Source: a virus
Taxonomy: Duplodnaviria; Caudoviricetes
Virus record (IMG/VR): IMGVR_UViG_3300033076_000704
Location: 1 to 63,790 of that record
Length of the DNA stretch: 63,790 nucleotides
Reading direction: 5' to 3' (one strand)
Shown: piece by piece, positions 39,249-49,826 of the stretch
How the letters are laid out: each line of letters starts with the position of its first letter
Numbering within the stretch: position 1 is the stretch's first letter
The notes under the pieces: model-generated
The model's input: the letters and a program-made list of their open reading frames with translations, nothing else
What the model was told of the DNA's origin: nothing
The model's database searches: none
Made by a program: the position numbers and the translations under genes

Positions 39249-39995
39249 ATGACTCACTTTTCGGACGCGATACGAAACGGCGCGGCTGGATTGCCTCCTG
39301 ACACCAGACAGACTCCCGGTACGCTTTCTGGTGCTCCCGGCGTTCAGCTAACTCCTGTTTATGTTTATACCATTACTCCTGCAACTGGTTCAACTACCGC
39401 ACTGGCTACTACTATTAGTTCTGCTGCTGGTACATTAACCTTGTCTGCTGGTACTGGTATCGGCACTACCTCTACAACTATCACTACAAGCACTGGTACA
39501 AGAACTGTTATTGACCTTGGTGTGCAGCGTGCGGTTACAATTAGTGGCGACACTGGCGTAACTGTTGCTGACTTCACAGTTAATGGCTATGACCATTGGC
39601 AGGTTCCGGTAACAGCGACTTTATCAGGCCCAAGCGGATTTACCACTGTAACTACAACCAAAACCTTCCGTTATATCTATTCTATCTCAGTTGGTGGCAA
39701 CACTGGCTCAGGTGTAACAATAGGTACAGCAGATACATTTGGTTTCCGTTACAGGGCTAATGAGTTTGGCGAAGTGCAGCTTAACTGGGGCAATACAGGC
39801 ATAACCGCAACAACTGGCTTTACTGCCGCGGTTACAACCGACCCTGCTACGGCTACCACGGGCGATGTAAGAGGTACTTATGCGGTTCAATCTGCTGCTA
39901 ACGGCGTAAAGAAGCTGACGGTATGGATTGCATCAACAAGCACCGATACTGTAACTCAGGCATACGGAGTAGCGCAATATAACAGCGGATTCTAA
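39249..39995 (+). CDS. Thr-rich head fibre/decoration protein
   Basis: THFSD N-terminus, AT.TTGDVRGTY motif; directly after MCP. Confidence 0.6.
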   Translation: MTHFSDAIRNGAAGLPPDTRQTPGTLSGAPGVQLTPVYVYTITPATGSTTALATTISSAAGTLTLSAGTGIGTTSTTITTSTGTRTVIDLGVQRAVTISGDTGVTVADFTVNGYDHWQVPVTATLSGPSGFTTVTTTKTFRYIYSISVGGNTGSGVTIGTADTFGFRYRANEFGEVQLNWGNTGITATTGFTAAVTTDPATATTGDVRGTYAVQSAANGVKKLTVWIASTSTDTVTQAYGVAQYNSGF

Positions 39996-40013
39996 TTATA
40001 AACTTTAGGTGAG

Positions 40014-40721
40014 GTGAGAATGACGGGTGAGGTAGGGAATATAACAGTGGATTTGCGTGGAAAATGTGTCGCCATAGGCTCACCGGCTTATGGCGATTCC
40101 TTTTGTAGCGACTATGTAAGAAGCGTACTTGAAACGCAGCTTGCACTTGCTAAGCATGGTGTAGATATGGCTTTCGTAACAGCAAGGGACGCTCTTGTTA
40201 CTAGGGCTAGAAATGCTGTTGTATCAGTATTTATGGATATACCAGAGGCTACTCATTTATGGTTTATGGATGCAGATATGGGTTGGAGGCCAGAAGCGGT
40301 ACTCAGGATGATTGCATCAGGGCATGATGTATGCGGGATTGCTGGTAAGCGAAAAATAGATAAACCTTCATATTGTGTTAATGTAGAAGCTCCTATTTCC
40401 AAGCGCGACCCGTTTGGATTCATAACGGTTAACGATATTGGAACTGGCTGTATGCTTATCAGCAAAGAGGCCATTAGGAAGATAATGGATGCCTTTCCTG
40501 AGAAGTATAATGATGCCTCTCTAGGCCGCACAATCCATAATATATTTGAAACTCATGTAGATGAGAACGATTTTTTCTGGTCTGAGGATTACACCTTTTG
40601 TCGCAAATGGAGAGCTATTGGGGGCGAGATATGGTGTGACCCTACGCAATCATTAACGCATATAGGCCAGAAGGCTTGGGCTGGTAAATTTGAGGATTAT
40701 TTAAGTGGGGCGGAGCAGTAA
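40014..40721 (+). CDS. GT-A fold glycosyltransferase
   Basis: RARN, THLWFMDAD (DxD), GTGCMLI, SEDY.FC..W...GG.IW.D, HIG. Confidence 0.82.
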   Translation: MRMTGEVGNITVDLRGKCVAIGSPAYGDSFCSDYVRSVLETQLALAKHGVDMAFVTARDALVTRARNAVVSVFMDIPEATHLWFMDADMGWRPEAVLRMIASGHDVCGIAGKRKIDKPSYCVNVEAPISKRDPFGFITVNDIGTGCMLISKEAIRKIMDAFPEKYNDASLGRTIHNIFETHVDENDFFWSEDYTFCRKWRAIGGEIWCDPTQSLTHIGQKAWAGKFEDYLSGAEQ

Positions 40722-41541
40722 GATGTGGATAATGATAACCAGCGATAACCGCGATGTATGCCAGCAAACACTTAGATGCCTAGAGTCAGTTGAGGGCGAG
40801 AATAACATGATAATCGTTAATGGCGGTGAGGATGACTATCTTGGCCTTGAGATACCTGCCGGATGGGATGCCATCAGGCTTTCTGAGGTTAAAGGTACAT
40901 CAGAGATAATGCAGATGATGTTCAAGATGTTTCCTGATGAGGAGTATTATGGACAGATACCGGATAACTGCATCATTGAATCCGTGGGATGGGAGAAGCG
41001 TATTAAAGAGGCCACAAAGGGCAAGCTGATAGTATCATTTAATGATGGCAATGGAGAACCATTCCCATTTACAGGGGTTCGCATCTGGCCGGGAAAGATG
41101 GTGCGGCAGGTAGGTTGGTGGGGGATGCCTAACTTGCATACTACCTATCTTGAATGGGCGTGGATTAAGATAGCGTGGGATTTAGTATGTTGGGAGCGAC
41201 TTGGTACGGTTAAAGTAACTTACCTGCCTCGTAAACCTAATCAGATGGATATAGCCGTTAAAGAGCATGAGCCAAAGGATAAAGAAACCTTTGATAATTG
41301 GAGAGAGAAAGAGTATCATAAGATATTCCGCAGGCTTTTCTTCGAGAATTGCAAATGGACGGGTAGAACAAATTTTCCGAAGGAGATAGATAATGGCCAA
41401 GACGAGCAAAGCAATTCCATCACACAAGAAAATGGCGATGGGGGGCAAGCCTTACAAGAAGGGCGGAATGGTGAAAGCGCCCAAGAGCAACCCAAAGAAG
41501 GGCTGCAAGTAAGTGCCATCGAAAAGCAAGAAGCAGCATAA
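40705..41541 (+). CDS. degenerate GT-A-like protein
   Basis: GW...I, NDG, VGW..P.L.H..Y pattern; DN where DD is expected. Confidence 0.45.
   Translation: MGRSSKMWIMITSDNRDVCQQTLRCLESVEGENNMIIVNGGEDDYLGLEIPAGWDAIRLSEVKGTSEIMQMMFKMFPDEEYYGQIPDNCIIESVGWEKRIKEATKGKLIVSFNDGNGEPFPFTGVRIWPGKMVRQVGWWGMPNLHTTYLEWAWIKIAWDLVCWERLGTVKVTYLPRKPNQMDIAVKEHEPKDKETFDNWREKEYHKIFRRLFFENCKWTGRTNFPKEIDNGQDEQSNSITQENGDGGQALQEGRNGESAQEQPKEGLQVSAIEKQEAA
41393..41512 (+). CDS. 39-aa basic peptide with YKKGGMV motif (not in ORF track)
   Basis: AGGAG RBS; MAKTSKAIPSHKKMAMGGKPYKKGGMVKAPKSNPKKGCK; stop abuts next start. Confidence 0.6.
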   Translation: MAKTSKAIPSHKKMAMGGKPYKKGGMVKAPKSNPKKGCK

Positions 41542-41716
41542 ATTTATGGCCGCAATCAAGGGTTCGCCTGAGTTTGCGCATAAAGCTGGGGTATCACAAT
41601 CAGTGGGTGAGGAATTTGTTAAGGCTGACAAAGAGCGCGGACGTGCGGCGCTTAGAAAGCTACCAAATAAGGTGGGTTCTAAGCGAGGCAAGACATGGCG
41701 ACATCAGGGACGGTAG
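41513..41716 (+). CDS. small conserved basic virion-module protein
   Basis: MPSKSKKQH.FMAA...P.FA.KAGV.QSVG.EF..AD. Confidence 0.7.
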   Translation: MPSKSKKQHKFMAAIKGSPEFAHKAGVSQSVGEEFVKADKERGRAALRKLPNKVGSKRGKTWRHQGR

Positions 41717-42756
41717 GGCAAACCGTAATTCAAGTTGATGACCTAATCTCTCACGCTATGCGGCGTGCGGGAGCTACTGCGGCTCAAGTTACCCCTGATA
41801 TAATGAAGGCTGCTAAAAATAACCTTTATTTTTATCTCTGTTTCCTTGCTAACAAAGGCATGAACCTTTGGGCTATTGAGCGCACCACAATAGGGCTGGT
41901 AGAAGGCGTAGGAGAGCTGGATTTACCAGTTGGCACAGTTGACATTATAAATGCACTATATCGCACTGTAACGCTTCCTGAAGATGGAACTGCATATACC
42001 AGTGCTGGCGGTACTGCTGATTGGGCATTTGACCAAGATATTGATACGGCCTGCACACAGACAAGCGCAAATGGGTATATTTATTATCAATGGGATGAGC
42101 AGGTAACGATTACCAGTGTTGGCATTATGTCAAATGGCACTGATACTTATACACTCACATTTGAGTATAGCAATGATGGCTCAACATGGACTGAGTTCTA
42201 TACACCAGATGCACAAAGTTATCCTGACAAAGAATGGGTGTTCTTTGACCTATATACATTACCTACTGCTTATTACTTCCGCATCAGAGAAACTGGCGGT
42301 GCAACACTTGATATAAGAGAGATTATATTTGCTCAATCGCCTAGTGAGATACCGATGGCGAGAATGAACATTAATGATTTCTCAAGCCTGATTAACAAAA
42401 CATTTCAGCAAAGGCAGATACTTCAATATTGGCTAAAGCGCGATAGAACGCAGCCTAAGATGGTACTATGGCCATATCCTAATTATAGCTTCGACCAAGT
42501 ATCAGTATGGCGCACAAGGCAGATACAGGATGTAGGTGCGCTTACTAATGAGATTGAAGTTCCGGCAAGGCAGATGGAAGCATTGATATGTGAACTTGCT
42601 GTTCGCATGATAACCGAGATACCCAATGCTGATTTGAATCGTATTCCGATACTAAAGCAGATGGCCGTTGAAACCACAGGCAATGCGGATGATGAAGAGC
42701 GCGATAAGTCGGTAATTAATTGGGCGCCTGATTTAACCCCGTACACGGTGAGGTGA
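41695..42756 (+). CDS. head-tail adaptor protein with discoidin-like insert
   Basis: MATSGT, AN.G.NLW, LWP.P, R.IQD.G, DEERD; internal AFD...YSNDG.TW. Confidence 0.7.
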   Translation: MATSGTVGQTVIQVDDLISHAMRRAGATAAQVTPDIMKAAKNNLYFYLCFLANKGMNLWAIERTTIGLVEGVGELDLPVGTVDIINALYRTVTLPEDGTAYTSAGGTADWAFDQDIDTACTQTSANGYIYYQWDEQVTITSVGIMSNGTDTYTLTFEYSNDGSTWTEFYTPDAQSYPDKEWVFFDLYTLPTAYYFRIRETGGATLDIREIIFAQSPSEIPMARMNINDFSSLINKTFQQRQILQYWLKRDRTQPKMVLWPYPNYSFDQVSVWRTRQIQDVGALTNEIEVPARQMEALICELAVRMITEIPNADLNRIPILKQMAVETTGNADDEERDKSVINWAPDLTPYTVR

Positions 42757-42757
42757 T

Positions 42758-43060
42758 ATGGGATTTTCAAATGGCCAGATAGCGATAGCAGTATGCGATA
42801 GGTGCAATCTCAAGATGCCCTATATGGCTTTGCGTGCTGATGGTGATAATCCGGGGCTTCGTGTATGTGCCAAATGCCGTGATGTTAAAGACCCATATAA
42901 ACTACCTTCGAGGCAGTTAGAAAATTATCTACTTAGATTTCCGCGACCTGACAGTACGATTGGCGTAGGTGTATCTGATGCAGCAGCGGGCGGTATAGTA
43001 TTCACTGATACATTTCAGGGCGATACATTTGAAGATGGCTCATTTCAGGAGGCATCATGA
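42758..43060 (+). CDS. Cys-rich conserved phage protein
   Basis: CDRC...LRVC..C.D..DPY.LP....RFPRPD. Confidence 0.7.
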   Translation: MGFSNGQIAIAVCDRCNLKMPYMALRADGDNPGLRVCAKCRDVKDPYKLPSRQLENYLLRFPRPDSTIGVGVSDAAAGGIVFTDTFQGDTFEDGSFQEAS

Positions 43061-44187
43061 GCGTAATGTTTAATATGTTTATGACCGACCAAAGCGTAAC
43101 CTTCACCGCTGGTTCTGAGCAACAAACTAACGGCGCGAATAATCCTAGTGACCAACAGCCATCACCCGTTGTTGCATTAAGTGCGACCAAAGCCGTGAGT
43201 TTCTATGTGAATACATCGACCAATATTTTGTATGGTTATGTGCAGGATATAAGCGGCACTACAATAACCAACAACGCCGCTGGCGAGCAGAATTTATCTA
43301 CAATGGAGGTAGCGATAAACGCTATAGCATTAAGTTCTACTAGCGCATTGGTGGCTGGACAAGGAAGCTCAAATAATCTTAAGCAAATAACCGAAAGTTC
43401 TGGTGCACTATCAGCAAGTGCAACGTCTTATGGCACAAATGCTATTTGTCCATTATTAGCAAAACTAGATTCAAATTACTCAATCTTATTTTGGAGAGAA
43501 GGTACAACCGACACCCGCGCCGCTGTGGTTTCTCACGGTGCGCCCCCCGTTGTTGGAACAGCGTACACGGCAAATGCGGCTCAAGGAAACACGGCGGGAC
43601 TTGTTGCTTTAGATAATAGTTACTTTGTTGTGGCATATACAAATACTTCAAATGATTTATATATCAAGGTAGGGCAAGCGGTTGCAGGAGTAATAACTTA
43701 TGGGAGTGCGGTTCTAATTGCCACGTCAACTCTTATGGGAAGCAATTCGACTGGTAATAATTTATGCCTGAGCAAAGATGACTCCACTAATGTTACTATA
43801 TACTACAAATACAATTCATCACCATATGATATTAAATCTAAGGCTATAACAATTAGTGGTACAACAGCTACAGCAGGTACAGAGCAAACAGTTGATACGG
43901 TTACTAATTCCACAGCCTATGTGCCGTTTAGATTTATACCAATAAATATTAATAATGGCATTGATTTTCTTTTTGTGACCGACCCAGATGATAATGCTTA
44001 TTTAAAGGGCGAGATAGTTCCCGCACCGGGAGAATCAGCTTATACAGCCAACATTACCGCGAACAATCCATGCAAACCAGTAGGTGCGAATTATTTAACC
44101 ACCGACACTTTGATAGTTCAATACACCAAAAGCAATTCAGGAATTGCTGCTCCTATTTACGCTAAGATTATACAGGTAGCAACATAA
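43057..44187 (+). CDS. beta-rich virion protein (possible propeller)
   Basis: Repeated L..LD/S...VV.Y...ISGTT units about 47 aa apart. Confidence 0.5.
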   Translation: MSVMFNMFMTDQSVTFTAGSEQQTNGANNPSDQQPSPVVALSATKAVSFYVNTSTNILYGYVQDISGTTITNNAAGEQNLSTMEVAINAIALSSTSALVAGQGSSNNLKQITESSGALSASATSYGTNAICPLLAKLDSNYSILFWREGTTDTRAAVVSHGAPPVVGTAYTANAAQGNTAGLVALDNSYFVVAYTNTSNDLYIKVGQAVAGVITYGSAVLIATSTLMGSNSTGNNLCLSKDDSTNVTIYYKYNSSPYDIKSKAITISGTTATAGTEQTVDTVTNSTAYVPFRFIPININNGIDFLFVTDPDDNAYLKGEIVPAPGESAYTANITANNPCKPVGANYLTTDTLIVQYTKSNSGIAAPIYAKIIQVAT

Positions 44188-44831
44188 TGGCATACGTTCT
44201 CACATACGATAACTTAGTTGACCTTCTGGAAGTATATCTGGAACGTACTGATTCAACGCTGGTAGATAAGATACCAACTTTTGTATTGCTTGCACAAACG
44301 CGCATCAGCAGAGAGATAAAGCAGCTTGGTACGCGCATGGTAGTAAACGCCACTTTCAGCAGCGGCACAGCGGTTATACAGAAGCCGAATGACTGGCGCG
44401 AAACCATAAGTATCAACTATGGCACAAGCACCAGCAGTAACACCCGCGTTACTCTTTTGCCGCGCTCTTATGAGTATTGCCGTGAGTTCTGGCCTGACCC
44501 AACACAGACATCAAGCGATGTGAAGTATTACTCAGATTATAACTATAATTATTGGCTGGTTACACCAACACCAAATAGTGCATACCCCTTTGAGGTGATG
44601 TATTACAACACGCTCAAGCCGATAGATGACACTACACAGACTAATTGGGTAACGCAGTATGCGCCTGATTTATTACTCTATGCCTGCCTGCTTGAAACAG
44701 CACCATTCCTTAAAGTAGATGACCGCATTCCTGTATGGCAGCAATTATACGATAGAGCATTAGCAGCAATAAATGGTGAGGCAGCAGCAAGAGTAGAAGA
44801 TGGCGCAAGCTCAAGAGAAGGAGATAAATAA
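44187..44831 (+). CDS. tail adaptor / tubular protein
   Basis: TY..L...L..YLER, IP.F..LA, PTP..AY..E..Y, NW....APDLLLY..L.E. Confidence 0.72.
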   Translation: MAYVLTYDNLVDLLEVYLERTDSTLVDKIPTFVLLAQTRISREIKQLGTRMVVNATFSSGTAVIQKPNDWRETISINYGTSTSSNTRVTLLPRSYEYCREFWPDPTQTSSDVKYYSDYNYNYWLVTPTPNSAYPFEVMYYNTLKPIDDTTQTNWVTQYAPDLLLYACLLETAPFLKVDDRIPVWQQLYDRALAAINGEAAARVEDGASSREGDK

Positions 44832-46330
44832 TGGGTAGCTATACCAATACATTTGGAGGGAGCGCAGTACAGCCAGCGGATGTATCATATCGCGCAATTA
44901 CATTATCAGCAGATACAACTCTTTATTGGCCTGATAGCAATGAGAGTACGAGCGATGTTGCAACTAGAATTATGGCGGTATCACCTTCTGCCGGAAGCCT
45001 CTCGCTTACTATGCCAGCGGCCAATCAGGTAAGTACAGGCCGCGACGCACTTATACGCAATACTGGCTCATATAGCTTCACTGTTAAAGATAATGGCGGA
45101 AGTACAATCATTACTATTGCTGCTGGTGCTTCGTATTATATCTACGTAACCGCCAATACATCTACTGCTGGTACTTGGGCTAGCGTTCAGTTTGGCACTG
45201 GTACAAGCTCTGCTGATGCAGGTGCGCTTGCAGGATATGGATTACTTGCGACAGGGCTTACGCTTAATCAGAGCAGTAATATCTCAGAGAAGAACGCTAA
45301 TTATACCATTCTTGCAGGCGATAGAGCATCAACTATTGTTAATACAGGCGGTACTATAACCTTTGCACTTACTGCCGCAGCCACACTTGGAAGTAACTGG
45401 TTCTGTCAAGTAAAGAATCGCGGCTCTGGTACACTCACCATTGACCCAGATGGAGGCGAAACAATAGATGGTGATACAACACTTGCGCTTGCGAGTAATG
45501 AGTCTTGCATCGTAGTTTGCAACGGTACAGCTTTCTATACTGTAGGTTATGGCCGTACATTAGCACAAACCGCATTCACAAGGCTTGTGAAGGCTATTAC
45601 ATCTTCCAGCGTTACACTTACATCTTCTGAGGCTGGGAATGTAGTACAGGAATATACTGGTACATTATCAGCTAACACCAATGTTATAGTTCCTACAACG
45701 GTCGCAAGATATTATGTCTATAATAACACTACTTCTGCTGGATATACTCTTACTGTTACTACTGCTTCGGGAACTGGTTACGCGGTGGCAGCGGGAACGA
45801 GGAAGATAGTTTATTGCGATGGCACTAATGTAGTTAATGCCGTTGATGCTGGCTCTGGTACAGTAGTAAGTATTGCTACTGGTTCGGGGCTTACAGGTGG
45901 CCCCATAACCACATCAGGCACTATATCCATCGCCACAACAACCGTAACTGCTGGAACATACTTACAAGGCAATTTCACTGTAAATGCTTACGGTCAACTT
46001 ACGGCGGCCACCAATGGTAATGTAACCGAGAACGCGCAGACGGATAACTATACACTGGTTCTTAGTGATGCTTTCAAAATAGTGAGCATGAATAACGCAA
46101 GTGCGAAATCAATTAGCGTTCCTGTAAGTAGCAGCGTTGCGTTTCCAGTAGGAACATTTGTTGGCCTTATGAGCAGAGGTGCTGGCGATGTAACTGTAAC
46201 GGGTACTACAACGGGCGTAATGATTCTTTCGCAAGGAAGTAAATCAAAGCTATTCGGGCAATACGCAGTTGGCGGTATTCTTAACCTTGGTGGTGATACA
46301 TGGATATTTGGAGGTAACAGAAAAACCTAA
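44831..46330 (+). CDS. tail fibre protein
   Basis: Thr/Ser/Gly-rich; GTV.SIATG.GLTGGPIT.SGTIS; YTLVLSD. Confidence 0.7.
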   Translation: MGSYTNTFGGSAVQPADVSYRAITLSADTTLYWPDSNESTSDVATRIMAVSPSAGSLSLTMPAANQVSTGRDALIRNTGSYSFTVKDNGGSTIITIAAGASYYIYVTANTSTAGTWASVQFGTGTSSADAGALAGYGLLATGLTLNQSSNISEKNANYTILAGDRASTIVNTGGTITFALTAAATLGSNWFCQVKNRGSGTLTIDPDGGETIDGDTTLALASNESCIVVCNGTAFYTVGYGRTLAQTAFTRLVKAITSSSVTLTSSEAGNVVQEYTGTLSANTNVIVPTTVARYYVYNNTTSAGYTLTVTTASGTGYAVAAGTRKIVYCDGTNVVNAVDAGSGTVVSIATGSGLTGGPITTSGTISIATTTVTAGTYLQGNFTVNAYGQLTAATNGNVTENAQTDNYTLVLSDAFKIVSMNNASAKSISVPVSSSVAFPVGTFVGLMSRGAGDVTVTGTTTGVMILSQGSKSKLFGQYAVGGILNLGGDTWIFGGNRKT

Positions 46331-47847
46331 TGCCAATATATCCAGTCAGATTATCGCCCGGCATTAAACGCGATGGAACTGTGTTTCAGGGCGATGCCTG
46401 CCCCGATGGTAAATGGGTGCGTTGGCCTGATGAGAGTCCTCGCAAAATACTTGGTTATCGCAATATATCCAGCCTGTTCTCAGGTGTTGTTCGTGGCTCG
46501 CATGGCTTCTCGCGTGATGGTTTAATGTATGTTCACGCAGGTAATCCCAATTCATTTGAGCGTCAGCAGTTTGACTATACTGGTGCTGGTGCAGGACTTA
46601 TAGACCGTACACCTGCTGGGTTTACTACAAGCGATAATAACATCTGGACGCTTGATGATATATATGATGAGGCATCATCTGCTACCGCAATAGTAGCCCA
46701 TGCAGCACAGAATCTTACTAATATTGACCAGACTACTAATGCGCCTGTTTACTATGGTGATATAACTGGTTCAGCAGCATTAACTGCAATATCTGGTGTA
46801 TCTGTAAGCGGCGGCGTAGTTGCGATGCCGCCATATCTATTTGCCTATGGAAGTGATGGTGAAATATTATGGTCAGTTCCGGGTGAGATAACTAATTTTA
46901 CAGGCGAGGGTTCAGGCAATGACCGTATTACAGGTTCTAAAATCGTTAAGGGACTGCGTTATCGTGGCGGCCCTGCTAATTCTCCTGCTGGGCTTTTTTG
47001 GTCATTAGATAGTCTTCTCAGGGTATCATTCACAGGCGGTGCTAACATCTTTCGTGCTGATACCATAAGTGATGAGATTTCTATCTTAGCGCAAAACAGT
47101 GTTATCCAGTATGATGGCAGGTATTTCTGGATAGCTAATGATAGATTCATGATGTTCGATGGAACTGTTCGTGAGATACCTAATAAGTTCAATCTGGATT
47201 ACTTTTTCAATAATCTTAACTTCACTTATCGCCAGAAGATATGGGCGCTTAAAATACCGCGTATGGGCGAGATATGGTGGTTCTATCCATCAGGCAGTAG
47301 CACAGAATGTGACCGCGCAATCATTCTAAATGTTCGTACACAGGCTTGGTACGATACACCTATACCGCATAGTGAAACACGCAGCAGCGGGTTCTACAGG
47401 CAGGTATTTCCTTATCCAATTATGTTTGGTGCTGACCTTGATGATTCGGATAAGGTTAAGCTATGGCAGCATGAGTTCATGTACGATAAGGTAGATGGTG
47501 ATGCGATTGTTGCAATACCTTCCAGCTTCACAACACCAGATGTTTCATACTGCGCTACTGGCCTCGGTGATACATGGATGGGTATTGATAGATGGATAGG
47601 GTTATCGCGTATTGAGCCTGATTTTGTTCTCTCAGGCGATATGACAGTTACGCCGGTAGGTAATAAGTGGGCGCAGGATAGTGTGATGACTGGCAGTAGT
47701 TATACATTCACTTCAAGTACAAACAAAATAGACATCAAGGAGCAATACCGCCAAATGAGGCTCAAGTTCGAGAGCAATCAGGCGGGAGGCTATTATCAAA
47801 TGGGACAAACAATAATGACGCTTGGGGTGGGTGATGGCCGTCAGTAG
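46330..47847 (+). CDS. tail nozzle / DNA stabilisation protein
   Basis: PGIKRDGT, DG.WVR, F..FDG.V, EIWWFYP, WQHE, R.EPDF. Confidence 0.72.
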   Translation: MPIYPVRLSPGIKRDGTVFQGDACPDGKWVRWPDESPRKILGYRNISSLFSGVVRGSHGFSRDGLMYVHAGNPNSFERQQFDYTGAGAGLIDRTPAGFTTSDNNIWTLDDIYDEASSATAIVAHAAQNLTNIDQTTNAPVYYGDITGSAALTAISGVSVSGGVVAMPPYLFAYGSDGEILWSVPGEITNFTGEGSGNDRITGSKIVKGLRYRGGPANSPAGLFWSLDSLLRVSFTGGANIFRADTISDEISILAQNSVIQYDGRYFWIANDRFMMFDGTVREIPNKFNLDYFFNNLNFTYRQKIWALKIPRMGEIWWFYPSGSSTECDRAIILNVRTQAWYDTPIPHSETRSSGFYRQVFPYPIMFGADLDDSDKVKLWQHEFMYDKVDGDAIVAIPSSFTTPDVSYCATGLGDTWMGIDRWIGLSRIEPDFVLSGDMTVTPVGNKWAQDSVMTGSSYTFTSSTNKIDIKEQYRQMRLKFESNQAGGYYQMGQTIMTLGVGDGRQ

Positions 47848-47854
47848 TAAGTTC

Positions 47855-47883
47855 TTGATTTGGCAAATAGCCAATGTTATGAT
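47855..47883 (+). promoter_or_regulatory. sigma70-like promoter before ejection genes
   Basis: TTGATT-17-TATGAT with extended TG. Confidence 0.5.
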
Positions 47884-47945
47884 TAATCACTTCCAACAGT
47901 TGCGCCCCCTTGAGTGCAATATGGATACTTTCAAGGGGATATAAA

Positions 47946-49826
47946 ATGGCAACCATTCCTGATAAATTCGGCACAAATCTACCAAAGAATTACGCTAATC
48001 TGGCGGGGCGCTCACTGGCAGATTGGGGCGGTTATAGCAATATGCCAGCCTATTTACAGGAACTCGCTATGTCCTCTCAAGCACCAAGCGTGGCTGCGGG
48101 AGCCTCACCAGCGAACTCACCCTCCGCAGTCACGCCTGATGCTGGAGGTGGATATGCCCAGATAAAATGGCGTGGCAATACAGGCATGGGTGGCATCCCT
48201 CAATTACGCAGAGGGGTAACTGATACTTACCAGATACCAGTAGGGCAATTGGCTGATTTTATGAAGTCGGGATATGGCTCTAATTTTGAGGCGATGGGTA
48301 CATTTGTTGATGGCCAGTCTATCGCGCCTAAAATGAATGTGGCTACCTATACTGACCCCATGACTGGCGAGATAGGCAAGCATCTATTATCAGCCGATAA
48401 AACTGAAGGTTTGGGCTATAGAACTATTGGTGGTACATATCTGCCTGAGAATACTCCGGGTTGGCAATTTAATGCGGCTGCTGCGGCTGCAAAGCCTACT
48501 GAGGAAGCTACCGCAACTCCTGCTGCTAATACTGCTACCACCGCTAATGCAGGCTCACCTTATGTGATGTCAGAAACGCCCGATGCGTTTAAGTATGCGG
48601 AGGGTGGCTTGGTTGAGGATGATTTAGAAAAAGATGAGACTTGGCAGTTAATTCAGCGAAGCAAAGCGGCACTCAAGGAAAGAGAGCGAATTGAAGAAGA
48701 GTTAAGAAAGAAAAATGAGCCTACTGAATGGGAAAAGGCAAAACAGGCTCTTAGGGATATGACCCCATTTGCGAAAGGCGGTTTAGTTGAAGTAGCCCAA
48801 GAACTTCGTGATAAAGGACGCATGGGTGACAGTATTCTCGCGCATATATCACCTGATGAGGCTAGATTGCTTAAGTCTATGGGCGGCGCTGGAACTATTA
48901 ATCCAGAGACAGGGTTGCCTGAGTACTTCAAACTAAAGAGTTTACTTAAATTCGTTGGGCCTGCCATTGGTATCGCAACTGGCAATCCTTTGCTTGGTGC
49001 ATTAGCAGGTGGTGTAGGTGGTGCTGTCGGTGGTGGCGGATTGGCAGGTGGGTTGATGGGTGCGCTTGGTGGTGGGCTAAGCGGCGCAACATCGCCGGGG
49101 CTACAGATGTTTGGTGGTAAGGGCTTTGGGGATATGCTTGGAGTAGCTAAGCAAGCCTTCGGCATGGGCGGTGATATGATTAGTGGTGGTGGCGGAAATG
49201 ATGTGATGATGGGTAGCTCTGGTGATGATAAACTCAATGGCCAGATGAGCTATCCAGTCAAAGGCTATGAGCTTGGTAAGAGTGGTGGTAGCGGATTATC
49301 CACCAAGGATATGATGCTTTTGGGTGGCGCAGGACTAGCTGCCGCTGGTGCTTTTGCTAACAAAGACCAAGCCAAGAAAAATATGAAGATGCTTAAGGAG
49401 CAGCAGGCAGAACAGCAAGCTAAGCAAGATGAGGAGAACAAATCATTCCGTAGCTTGATGGAATCTCAGCCAACACGCACTTTCACACCTGCGCCTGCTG
49501 ATTATTATACTTATGGCAACCGCCCTGAGTGGAATTATTATGGCAATTATGGTGCATTGCAGATGCCAGAGAGGCAGTTTGCAGCAGGCGGTTATGTAGG
49601 CCAAGCTGGTATGGGTGGTGGACAGGATGATACGATACCCGCAAGGCTATCGAATAACGAGTATGTTATCCCCGCTGATGTTGTAGCCCATCTTGGGGAT
49701 GGCACACCGAAGGAGGGTGCTCGTAAGCTAGATGGAATGGTGGGGAAAGTAAGAAAGCATAAAGCTGTTAAAGGGCATCCTCCCAAGGCTAAATCAATCA
49801 AGCAATACACAGGAGGGCTGGCATAA
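47946..49826 (+). CDS. internal virion / DNA ejection protein
   Basis: GR.GD..LAHI.P.EA..LK..GG.GTINP.TGLPEY; D.IPA.LS..EYV.PADVV..LG.G; start moved to the RBS-preceded ATG. Confidence 0.72.
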   Translation: MATIPDKFGTNLPKNYANLAGRSLADWGGYSNMPAYLQELAMSSQAPSVAAGASPANSPSAVTPDAGGGYAQIKWRGNTGMGGIPQLRRGVTDTYQIPVGQLADFMKSGYGSNFEAMGTFVDGQSIAPKMNVATYTDPMTGEIGKHLLSADKTEGLGYRTIGGTYLPENTPGWQFNAAAAAAKPTEEATATPAANTATTANAGSPYVMSETPDAFKYAEGGLVEDDLEKDETWQLIQRSKAALKERERIEEELRKKNEPTEWEKAKQALRDMTPFAKGGLVEVAQELRDKGRMGDSILAHISPDEARLLKSMGGAGTINPETGLPEYFKLKSLLKFVGPAIGIATGNPLLGALAGGVGGAVGGGGLAGGLMGALGGGLSGATSPGLQMFGGKGFGDMLGVAKQAFGMGGDMISGGGGNDVMMGSSGDDKLNGQMSYPVKGYELGKSGGSGLSTKDMMLLGGAGLAAAGAFANKDQAKKNMKMLKEQQAEQQAKQDEENKSFRSLMESQPTRTFTPAPADYYTYGNRPEWNYYGNYGALQMPERQFAAGGYVGQAGMGGGQDDTIPARLSNNEYVIPADVVAHLGDGTPKEGARKLDGMVGKVRKHKAVKGHPPKAKSIKQYTGGLA

